NCBI GenBank assembly: GCA_949358305.1
Contig: OX442314.1
Span: forward strand, 32,674,001 to 32,738,000
Direction: 5' to 3'
From: Strigamia acuminata
Lineage: Eukaryota
DNA: 64,000 nt
Below are positions 23,901-35,900 of the stretch, piece by piece; positions within the stretch are counted from its first letter, which is position 1; every line of letters starts with the position of its first letter. The position numbers and the translations under genes were made by a program. The notes under the pieces are model-generated. The model was not told the origin of the DNA and made no database searches. It saw nothing but the letters and a program-made list of their open reading frames with translations.

Positions 23901-26900
23901 CTTTGTTGGGGTCAAAAATGACCCGGGTTGGGTGAGGAGGGATTTTTTTTTAGGTTGGGGCTGCTAGGGTTAACCATTGAATGCAGCCTCTTGAGTCATT
24001 CCTTATTCTAGTTGTATGATTGACGGAAGTATGCTGTGATTACAACCCGCACCCATGTGCATTGGGCCGCTTCTATTTTTTATGTTCAAAAAATAAAATC
24101 ATAAAATTCGAACCCTAAAAAATGTTTTTAATCAAAATAAATGAATGCAATTTATAGAACAAACATTGGGCATTATTTTTTAAAAAAATGAAATTTTAAC
24201 TGAAATGGGCCAAAAGTTATGACCGTTTGAATTTGCGCTACTTGACACAAGTGTATTAGGCTACCACGCTAATTGCCTCAAGTGAGTTGGGCCGGCAGGA
24301 AAAGCTTAGAACCACATTAAGAAAATCACGAAACAAAAGCGGTTTCTTCAGAAAATCATTGTTTATTTGAACAATACTTTACAATATTTTGTTGAATGAG
24401 CAATATTTTATGTGTGATTGTGCAGGCCAAGTCAAAACCTAAATGTGATGGGTTTGGAAAACTGAGCAATTGACTTGACCTTATGTTTAGAATCATTTTC
24501 GTGCTGATATATCCATGTCAAAGGCAGTTTATCATCTGCAAATGGAAGCATAACAATCCTCCAATACTTTTTTATAAGTACAGATGTTGTTTTTAAATGT
24601 TATATTCCTCACCGCCAGGTGTTTCCCCACCTGTGTACCTGTATTTAGCACCGACCAATCAGTGCTCTGTAATGTATTTTGTGCTCTACGCACCTTCTCA
24701 CATATGTTTAAGATTAAATGAATCACTGTTAGAATATTCACCCAACAAGAACCACGCGTCTTTACTTTGTGTCTCCTAACATATTCAAGCCTAAAAACTA
24801 CAGGTTATGGGCCCAGCACGCTTCCACTGTGAATAATATCAAGATTTTGGAACGAAACGTTCGAGGAAGTTAAAACGTTTTTGACACGAACCGATTCGAG
24901 AAACAAACTTGGAAACGATGGCGAATGCAAGCGGAATTTTGGCTAGAATCGAACCACTAGGGAAAGAGAACTACGATGCGTGGAAAGTCCAAATGGAAGC
25001 AATTTTGGGGAAGAACGATCTCTTGAAGTACGCGGACGGAACATTGAAGCGACCAGAAGTTGTGCCAGGAAACAATAACACCAAGAAAGCCGCCGAAAAT
25101 TGGGACGCGAAGGACAGAAACACGAGATACGATATCTTGCTACACGTAAAACAGTCGGAGATTCGATTGCTAAAAAACTGTAAGACCTCAAACGAATTAT
25201 AGAAAAAATTGGACGAAATTTACGAAGCGAAAGGACCGGCAAATATGGGCATGTTGCTGAAACAAATTTGCGGAAACAAAATGGCTGAAAACGAAAACGT
25301 GCGTGACTATCTGAAGGGATTTTTTGAAGCCGTCGATAAACTACTTGACATGGATATGGAAATCCATCCGACACTTACTGGGACGCTGTTGTTGCAAAGT
25401 TTGCCGAAATCATTCGATACGTTCAAGATCACGATGGAATCGCGAGACACATTGCCGACGCTGGAAGCGCTAAAAGCTAAAATTATAACCGCAGCAATTT
25501 CTCAAGAAAAAGATAAAGAAGAAGTATCCGACGCAATGATAGCCAAGAAATCGTTCCAAAAACGGAGGCAGCCAAATGTGGAGTTTTTCGGGTCGACGGA
25601 CGATAACGATCGCCAGGGGGCAGGCGGACATAACGGAATATGTCCGAGAAACGTTTTGGAGACGATTCTTGTAATCAACCAATCAGGGTTGATCAGTGTC
25701 ATATATAATCAGTTTTGTTTGTTTAATAAAATCACTTGAATTTAACTAAGCTAGCGGTTGTGTCATGTTATTTTCGGGTCAGCTGTTTCTAGTTTTGAGA
25801 TAGTTTACATCAGAAGTGGGATAGAAGGATTCGATGCGACGATAGACGATAAAGTAGACGAAAGTAGAAGACGATTGTTTTTGGCGACGGAAGCAGAATT
25901 CGGAATTCGGGTTAGCAAATAGCGCGTGGATAGTTCGGGAAGCGAGAAGAGTCGATTCGCCGGGAAAAACACGTGTTACTTATTGATATGTAAAGTTTAG
26001 GGACAAGTGTTGTCACAGTCAGTTCCGATTTACGATGGAGAGATTACTTCGTGCGTTTCCGAATTAGCGCGATTGTCACGCGATTAGTATTTCATTGTAT
26101 CATGTCCCGGAATTGTAAATCAGTTGCTATTGTTTTTATAAATTGCGTGTGTATGTACCACAACTGATTTCCCTCCATATAATGACTTATTTAATCGTCG
26201 TCTGCTCAAATGAGCATTGTGTATTATAGAAATTTGTTCTGTCCTAAGTTGTGTTTATATTTTAATAGTGTACAGGACAAATCAACTAAATGAAGTATTG
26301 ATTTGTTCTCCCTATAGTTTGTGAGGTCAAATAACCTCAAACCACATGTTATGTTTTTCCACTGCAATAAAGATGGCGGCACAATTTGTGCTAGTAATGC
26401 AAAAGACTGAAATCAGGATTGGACTCACTTTATTGATTTAATGGCCTACAAGTGGTAGCAGAGGCTTGCGTGGGTGAGTTCCTGTCGAAATTCATACTTT
26501 CTCGGCGATTTTCCACGTCTGGAGCGGCCACGACGCACGGAAAACGAGGGGCGGGCGATACGAAACGTTTCCCGCACGTCGCCGAGCAGTGAAGTCCGCG
26601 AATTGCGACCCGAAGCAGGATCGATCGTTTCGGACAAATTTCGACCACAAACGGTGTTGAATCACCGTAGAATCAGCTGTATAAATAGCAGGAACACAGT
26701 GAAGTACTTTTTGCATTTATTTCGGCGTATTATAAGCCATTTTTCTTGTTTTCATTCGCACGATGACGCGTCATTTCAAAATGGCGGCGCCCAGTGCGAC
26801 CTGTGTTTAAGGACGGATTCGGGCTGTCATCGAGTCAACGTGTGGATCCCAGCGCTGGAATTAACGACGGGGGACCAGAAACAGACCCAAGGAATCGATT

Positions 26901-29900
26901 GGGACTGGTTTCGGGACGATTTGAAGAGGTTTTCGTCGAAAACGAAGCATTTTTCGCCAGCGGCGACCGGAATTAATTTCCACAACGTTTTCAAGACGTC
27001 GCTCGCCTATAACGAGTTGGATACGAACGTATGACGTTCGTACAACGACCAGAGCATCGGTACGGGTCAATTTGGATCGATATTTTCCATTTTTGGACGC
27101 GTTTCGTGCGACGAGCCGGAACGCATCGCGGATTTGCACGTGAAGTGTATCTGCGCATCGCTGGGACCGGTTAAGCCTTGTGCCAGGTGCACAAGTGAAA
27201 GCCAACGATTTCCAGCACTGAAAACATCACAACTTGCCATCTTCACATCATTTAAGTGTATATATTTGGGTTCGAAATTATTTGTGAATATTATTAAGGT
27301 TTTGTTTGGGCCCTTTAATATATTCGGCACCCTTTAGGCATTCGCCTAGTGTCGTCTTATTTTCGGCTAGGCTTGCTCGAAGCAAGGGGATTTTCCCGCG
27401 ACCCCAGGTGTGTCGGTCGGAGGTCCTTGTAGCGACTAGTCGGAGAAGTTGTGCTCACTTATTGAGCTGTACCCCGGGTGGAATTGTATTATTTTTCGCC
27501 TAATTTTTGGTGGGTTAAGTGTTATATTTTGCAAGTGTTGTGATTCTAAGTGATTTTGTGTATTGTGCTACGCATCGCATCATGGCTAGTGAAAATATGG
27601 AAGATTTTTCCAAGCCATTCAATGTAAACATTCGCAAACTTGATGGCAACAATTATGACTCATGGGCAGTAGATATGCAGCTCTATTTAGAGCACCAAGG
27701 AGTCTGGAGCCACGTTGTTGGAACTGAGCCAGCATTGGCCGTAACGGCCTCTCCGAAGGAGAAACGCGATTTTCAGGCACGCGAATCCCGTGCACGTTCC
27801 TCCATTTGTCTTGGCTGCACAGAAGCGCAAAAAGGGGTTGCTGTTGCACATAAAACAGCAAAGGGAGCGTGGGACGCGTTAAAAACGGCGTACCAGCCGA
27901 CCACGATGGCGCGACAAGCCAGGCTACGCCGGGAGTTTTTACAGCTCCAAATGCTTCCAGGGGACGACATGGTCGTGTTCACCTCTAGGGTGGACAGGAA
28001 GGCGATAGAGTTAAAGGACGTGGACATTACTTTAACGGAAAAGGAAATCGCGTTCCAATATTTGGATTTCCTCGGGCCTGAATACGAGGCTCTAAAATCC
28101 ATCGTGTACCACTGGGACAAAGCCGACTTCACGGTCGCGAAAGTCAAAGAAAGGCTCCTTGCTGAGTATAACAGGACCCATGGTGGGACTGCGCCGAGGG
28201 ATGCGACTGCATCTGCAACGGGAGCTTATGCGACGAACCCACAACGGTCACAGCAAAAAGGAACTGTTTGCTATAACTGCGGCGGAAAAGGACACTTTTC
28301 ACGCGATTGCCCTTCATCGAAACAGGGCTTTACGATTGTGCCGACCAAATCTGCATCGAACATTTCTCAGTCTCGTGGGCGCGGCAAAGGCCGTGGCCGT
28401 GCACGGGGAAGGAAAGCTAACCTGAGCTCTTCTGAGGAACTGGAAGGATTCTACACATCCCTTCAGCAGACTATTGGACAATCAACGACAACCGTGTCTT
28501 CATTTGTAACATCATCGGGGGTGCAAGACATGGCGTGGTACGTGGACACTGGTGCCACGGACCATTTTACCTTCACTAAACATGGTTTTGTGAATTATAA
28601 GCCTCTTTCAAATTATTCAGTGCGATTGGGTGAGGGTTCATCCAAAATTGATGGGGTAGGAGATATAAAGCTCGAATCAAGGGATAAATCTCAAGGGCAC
28701 CCATTCATATTAAAGAATGTGTTTTACGCACCAAATTTTACTAAAAATTTGATTTCCCTCGGTCGCACTGATGAGGCTGGGTATATAACCCGAGTTGGTG
28801 AAGGGAAAATGGTCATTTTCAAACAACGGATTACGGAACCAATACTGACCGCCATGCGTCAGTCGGATAGAATGTACAAGAGTTCTTGTCAGATTGCGGT
28901 TCCTTCTGTAAATGCAAGTGCAATTCCGACGCATGCGGAAGCACCTGGCATAAGTAATCCGATTACTAACCAATCAGATGTTACTGAAAGTGTTAATGTT
29001 GTAAATAATAGCGTTTTACCTAATACTAACCCGAGTGAATGCGTAACGCAGGCGAGCGAAATTACGAAACCGTCTTACTGTGAGGTGTTGACAACACCGA
29101 AGGGCATTAAGGGCAGTAAAACTCCAAAGACTTTAACTGTTTCCGGCGGAATTGACGTGAGTGCGCTTCCGGCCGACAGAGTTAAAGGGGTTCAACCTAA
29201 TGTAAAGGCAGATAAAGGGTTAGATATTAGTTATTGGCACGGCCGGATGGCACATTTACACACGAAGGGTATTGTTGACATGGAAAAGTCAACATATTTT
29301 TGGAGTGAAATTGTCTAATAAAGACATGGACCCGTGTGACGCGTGCATTAGAGCGAAAAAGACGCGTGCGGGGTTTCCTCCGATCGGACAAATTTTGACC
29401 AAAGGCATATTAGACCTTGTTCATATGGACGTCTGGGGGGCAAGCCAAACTAAAACCCTTGGGGGTGGGAATTATTTCCTACTTATAGTGGACGATTTTT
29501 CACGCTTTATGTGGATATACATCATGAAGAAGAAAAGTGATGTATTAGGGATTTTTAAGATTTGGCAAAAAGAGATCGAACGCTCTACATCTAAAAAGGT
29601 CAAAGCGGTACGAACTGACAGAGGGGGTGAATTTATATCCAAGGAATGGGAAGACTATGCTCAACAAGAAGGAATTAAATGCGAGCGGACGAATGCATAT
29701 TCGCCCGAAATGAATTCTGTGGCCGAGCGGGCCAACCGCCTAATCTTAGAGGGGGTGAGAGCAATGTTAATCGAAACGGGTCTTCCCAAGAGGTTGTGGG
29801 GAGAGTTAGCGGTAACTCTTGTTTATATTAAAAACTTATACCCACATCCGAAATTGAACAATCGTTCCCCCTATAATGTATTTTATAATAAAAGGGCTTC

Positions 29901-32900
29901 AGTTAGGCATCTAAGATGCATTGGGTCAAAGTGTTATACACATATCCCTGCCCAACAACGACATAGCAAATTAGAGCCAAGAGCTTGGGTTGGAGCCCTT
30001 GTAGGTTATTGTACTGACACAAAGGGATATCGCATCTGGGACCCATCGCGTAACAAGATTTTTGGGTCGAAACATGTTACCGTTAATGAGAATGAATACT
30101 GGTATGAAAAGGGGAATAACATTAATGGGAGAGGAAAGGAACAGTCACAGAGTTTTGAATACTTTAATGTGAGTGACTTGGGACTCGAATCGGACGATGA
30201 GACACCAATTCCAGTGAGATTGGCACCGGTTCATGTTCCTGTTCCTACACCAAGCCAACCTTCACCGGGTCTGGTTCCCCCGGTTCAAGTTCCCCCTGTT
30301 CCAGGTGCCGGATTACCTGCTCCAACGGTGCCCATTATATCAACAGCATTGCCAGTCACGAAACTGCCATTACCCCAGACCCCAAAACACACGGTTTTTC
30401 AAAAACCACGGTTAATCGAATTTACTGGAGAACCAACTGACGAAACCAGTGATGATGAAGAGGTTTTTCAGGAAGCATTGTTGGCTTCTCCTAATGTTAG
30501 AGGGGGTCAAGGGGATGTAACAATTGGGGGTGTTCCTTTATTGAAATTGAACATGAATGACTGGGATGTGAGACCATATGTTAGACAAACGGGAAGAGAT
30601 GCTGGGACGACCTATGCGCATTATGTAGCGCCAGACAAGAAAAGGCTCCGCAGCAGAATTGAGGCATTGCATTGGTGTCAAGCAAACGGATACGAGTTTG
30701 AGGCGGACTTGTTTGATTTTTCGGGGAAAACTCAAAATGAAGATCTTCCAAACCCATTTGCTGGTTGTTGTGCGCTTGAGCCCAACACCTACGAGGAGGC
30801 AATTAAAGGCGAACGAAGGACAGAATGGGTTGACGCAATGCAAGAGGAAATTGACATATTTAACGAAAGGAAAGTCTACGAGGAAGTTGATTGTGAGAAA
30901 GACCAACAATTGCTAGGCAGCAAATGGATCTATAAGATCAAGAGAGATAATACCGGGGTTATAAGACGTCATCGAGCGAGACTGGTCGCCCAAGGTTTCA
31001 AACAGCGACCGGGTATAGATTTCACCGAGGTGTTTTCACCTGTGGTGAATTTTGTTGTTATCTTGGTGTTATTTTGCATGTTGGTTGTCCTCATGAACTG
31101 GAGAGACACACATGCGGATATAAAAGCCGCATATCTCTATGGAGACTTGGACGAAGTCCAATACATGGGAATTCCAAAAGGGTTTCAAACGCCACAGAAT
31201 GTCGGCAAGTGCTGGAAGCTTTACAAAGCTTTATACGGCCTGCACCAGTCGGGCCGTATGTGGTTCGAAAAGTTGCACGACAGACTGTTGCACATAGGAT
31301 TCAAACCGGTCCCTGGGTTTAACTGTGTTTATTGTATGGACAGAGATGTAGTTTTAGTCGTGTATGTCGATGACTTAGTCATCTTTTCACGCAACGAGAA
31401 GATCGAAAAAGATGTCCTGTCCTGGATAACAGACCATTTCCAAATGGTAAACCTTGGGCCAGTGACCCTTTTGCTAGGCATAGAATTTACGCGTGTGAAT
31501 GGTAAGATCTTAATCCATCAGCGCAAGTATATCGAGAGATTGTGTGCTCATTTCAAAATCGATGGGTCGCATAAAGTTCATTTACCTGGGGCGGTAGGTA
31601 CTATGATAATGGGGGTGAAGAAGGACGAACAAATTGACACCGTGTTCCCCTACAGATCGCTGGTTGGTAGTCTTCTGTTTTTGGCGTCGCGAACCAGACC
31701 AGACATACTATTTTCCACCATTGTGCTCTCCCAATACAACGAGCGACATTCTCAGAGACATGTTAATATGTTATTGCAGGTACTCAGGTACCTGAAAAGT
31801 ACTGAGGATTATTGTATTGATCTCTCGAGATGCAAAAGTGCTTTGCTGACGGTATTTACCGATGCGTCATACGCTACTGATGTAGACCAACGAAGGAGTT
31901 TCGGAGGTCATGTAGTTTTCCTGGGCGGTGTTCCGGTTTCGTGGTCGTGTAGAAAGCAGAAGATGACCACGTTATCCGTGATGGAGTCGGAGTTTGTGGC
32001 CATTGTTGATGGCGTCAGGGAACTGATATGGCTTAAGAGGCTTTTCAACATGTCGGTGATGTTCGACTACTTTGGGAATTTGCAGCCCTGTGTCTTAGCT
32101 GATAGCACAGCGGCAATACAATATAGTAAGAACCGCGTGGAAAATAAAGCGAACAAACACATCGAGGTTCGATTCCATTATTTACGCGACCTGTATGAAA
32201 GCAAGATCTTTGATATCCGGCACGTTCCTGGAAAACTGAACGTAGCCGATTTGTTAACCAAATGGTTGGCTCGCCCACGTCTGACCGAATTGTGTGAGCA
32301 CATCTTTGATCTGTGACAAAGTTGTCCAGAGGGGGTATTGATATGTAAAGTTTAGGGACAAGTGTTGTCACAGTCAGTTCCGATTTACGATGGAGAGATT
32401 ACTTCGTGCGTTTCCGAATTAGCGCGATTGTCACGCGATTAGTATTTCATTGTATCATGTCCCGGAATTGTAAATCAGTTGCTATTGTTTTTATAAATTG
32501 CGTGTGTATGTACCACAACTGATTTCCCTCCATATAATGACTTATTTAATCGTCGTCTGCTCAAATGAGCATTGTGTATTATAGAAATTTGTTCTGTCCT
32601 AAGTTGTGTTTATATTTTAATAGTGTACAGGACAAATCAACTAAATGAAGTATTGATTTGTTCTCCCTATAGTTTGTGAGGTCAAATAACCTCAAACCAC
32701 ATGTTATGTTTTTCCACTGCAATAAAGATGGCGGCACAATTTGTGCTAGTAATGCAAAAGACTGAAATCAGGATTGGACTCACTTTATTGATTTAATGGC
32801 CTACATTACTAAGGTTAGCCGAACCACGATCAAAAATGGCCGGAGCAAAGACAATCGTGGCGAAAATCAGACGCGGGGAATTCCCAACGGAGGCCGAGTG

Positions 32901-35900
32901 GGACAAACTAAGAGCCAAAGATGTCCAGCCACTGTTGATAGAACGGAATATCGTGCCGCCGAGATTGAAACGAGATATGATAAACACGTTGCGACTGACC
33001 ATGATTGCAGAGCTAGGACTCGCGGAAGAAGACGTGAATCCAGGAGACGAAGATGACGACGGAAAAGACGACGAAGAGAACGACGAAGAGAAAGACGAAG
33101 AGAAAGTAGAAGACAACGAACAGCGGATTTAGTGCGGATCAAATGCAAATGCAAATGCAAATGCAAATGATGCAGATGATGAAGATGATGCAAGATATGC
33201 AGACGAAGTCGACGGCACCAAAAGATACGACGGAACCAAAAGAAGTTAAAAACGCACCAAAATTGCCACGATTCTCGGGCGAACGAAGCGAGCTGCGTAC
33301 GACCACGCAGTGGTTACAAGACGTTCGCGAATACGCCAAAGAGTACAAGTGGACGAACGTAACTACGGTGACGACGGCGGCAGCAGCGTTAGAGGGGCCA
33401 GCGAAGGTGTGGCAAGACGGCGCGGGAACGACGATCCGGAACTTGTCGTACAAAGACAAAGAAAAATTGATTCGAGCACCGCAGAAGAACGACGAGACCA
33501 CCGAAACCTATCTACGACAAAAGTGGGCCACATGCGAACGGTTGGGAATGTCGATCAACGACGCGCAGAATTACCTGTTGGACGGATTAAAGAGCAAGTC
33601 AGCAATGGCGCCGATGTACGTCGTCAACTATCAACACATCAGCGATATGGTTGGAACGGCGCAGAACTTGGAAGCGCGAGCGAAGGGGACGACGATCGAA
33701 GCGAAGTCGAGGCCAAGCGTGGCGAAGCCGAACGGAAGGGGATTCGACGCAGGGCCGAAGTGTTTTAGGTGCGGCGAGAAGGGGCACCAGAAATCAGATT
33801 GTCCAAACGAGCTGAAGTGTTTTAAATGTCACGAATCGGGCCATCTGGCGAATGCGTGCCCAAATGGAGTAAAATGCTTCAATTGTAACGGATTTGGGCA
33901 CATGGCAAACGCGTGTCCAGAGCCGAAGAAAGAGCGGAAGCAGCCATCAAAGGACAAGTTGGACGTTAAGACGAAGAAGATTTGCAAAATCGAGGCCGAG
34001 GAGATGCAGCCAGAATTCGAGACCATGATGTGGGTCGATGGAAAGAAATGCAGCGCGGGAATCGATACGCAAAGCGCCGTGTGTCTAATTAGTAAGACGT
34101 TTTCGCAACGTACAAAGATCGAGGAGCCGGACTACGAATACGTGATCGAAGGATTTAATCAAGATGCAAGTCGGTATCGTGGGCGAACGAGATGTGATGT
34201 GGAAAGCGCAAACGTGAAATTGGCGGGTGTCAAGTTCTACGTGGTCGACGACGCCAGAATGCCGACGGAAGTCTGGATAGGGAAACCATTCTTAAAACAC
34301 CCGACGATCACGATGCAATCAGACGGAGGTTACGTAACGTTCAGACCGAGGGAGGGGATGCAAGACGAATCAGGAATTTCAAGAATCGAGCCAAAGATCA
34401 CTGCAGCAAAGCCACGAGCGCTCGTGATCAACGAGAACAAAGTGGTACCAGCCCACTCGATAAGTTTGGTGACAGTACGAGCGAAGAGTCAGTCAGACCG
34501 GTTGTTTTACGTAGAAAACGAGCGCGCAGTGACGGATCGATTGGAAGTACCGGAAGGCCTGATCGAAGTGAAGAACGAGCGAGCAACGATGCCGATAATC
34601 AACAACGGACCAGAAGAAGTACGAGTCACACGAGGTCGTAAGCTAGGGCACGTTGAAATTACCGAAGAAGAACCATCGTTGCACCACTTTCCGTGCCCCA
34701 GGATGGATGAGTTACTCGACGAGACGCACGAATGGCGAGTTTTTCTAGTGTTCGATTTGGCGTCGGGTTACTACCAGATCGAATTGACGGCCGGAGCGCA
34801 AGAGAAGACAGCATTTTCGACAATGAACGGCAAATATCAGTTTGTGCGGATGCCGTTTGGGTTGATAAACGCGCCGTTTGTTTTCAATCGAGTGATGGAG
34901 TTGGCGTTCGGACATTTGCCATACGAAGTACTGCGCAGATATATGGACGATCTTCTATCGGGTGCGAAAACGAACATGGAGCTACCGTATATACTCGCAT
35001 ATAGTGCGAAATATTTATGCTAAAATTAGTCCCTGTGTTTGGGGGGGTCGCACTATACGCGAGTAATCAAAAAAAAAAATATTAACGTAACGTACATATT
35101 ACGTTTTGTATTTCGTCCATATTGCGGGCGCATTTCGACCTTCGGCCATCGCTTACAACACACAACACAACAATACAACCTACCGACAATCCAACCCAAT
35201 CCAACCATCCAACCGAACAACAATCAAATAATGCAAGAATCCAACAAAATTACCTTTCACCTAAATAAATAAACTTTTCTTTATCATTTTTCCATTGTTG
35301 TGGCACACCACTACGGTAACTCGCATTATACGCGAGTACACCATTTATTGCAAAAAAGGCGCCTTAAAGTGGGGGGGTCGCATTATACGCGGATCGCATT
35401 ATACGCGAGTATATACGGTAATCGAGAAAATGCGGAAGATCTTAATCGAGGTGAGAAGATCGAAGCTGACGTTGAAATTGAGCAAGTGCCACTTTCTCTG
35501 CGAGGAGGTGCAATTTCTTGGGTTGCGACTGACGAAGGACGGCCTACGACCAGGATTCGAGAAGGCGAGCGCAATCAGAAATTTCGCGAAGCCAAAGGAC
35601 GTACGCGGAGTGAAGAGTTTCCTAGGGTTATGCGGATACTTCCGACGATTTATCGCGGGATATGCGACAAAAACGAGGGCGTTAACGAAATTGACTCGAA
35701 AGAACGAAACGTTTGTGTGGACGACTGAGAGTGAAGCGGCGTTTCAGGGGTTGATTGGAGAATTGATTGCGGAGCCAGTGTTGAAGATCTACGATAACAC
35801 ACGACCGTGCGAGGTGCATACGGACGCATCACAAGACGGGATTGGGGCAGTTTTAATGCAGCGAGGCGAAGGAAACGACCTGCATCCGATTATCTACGCG

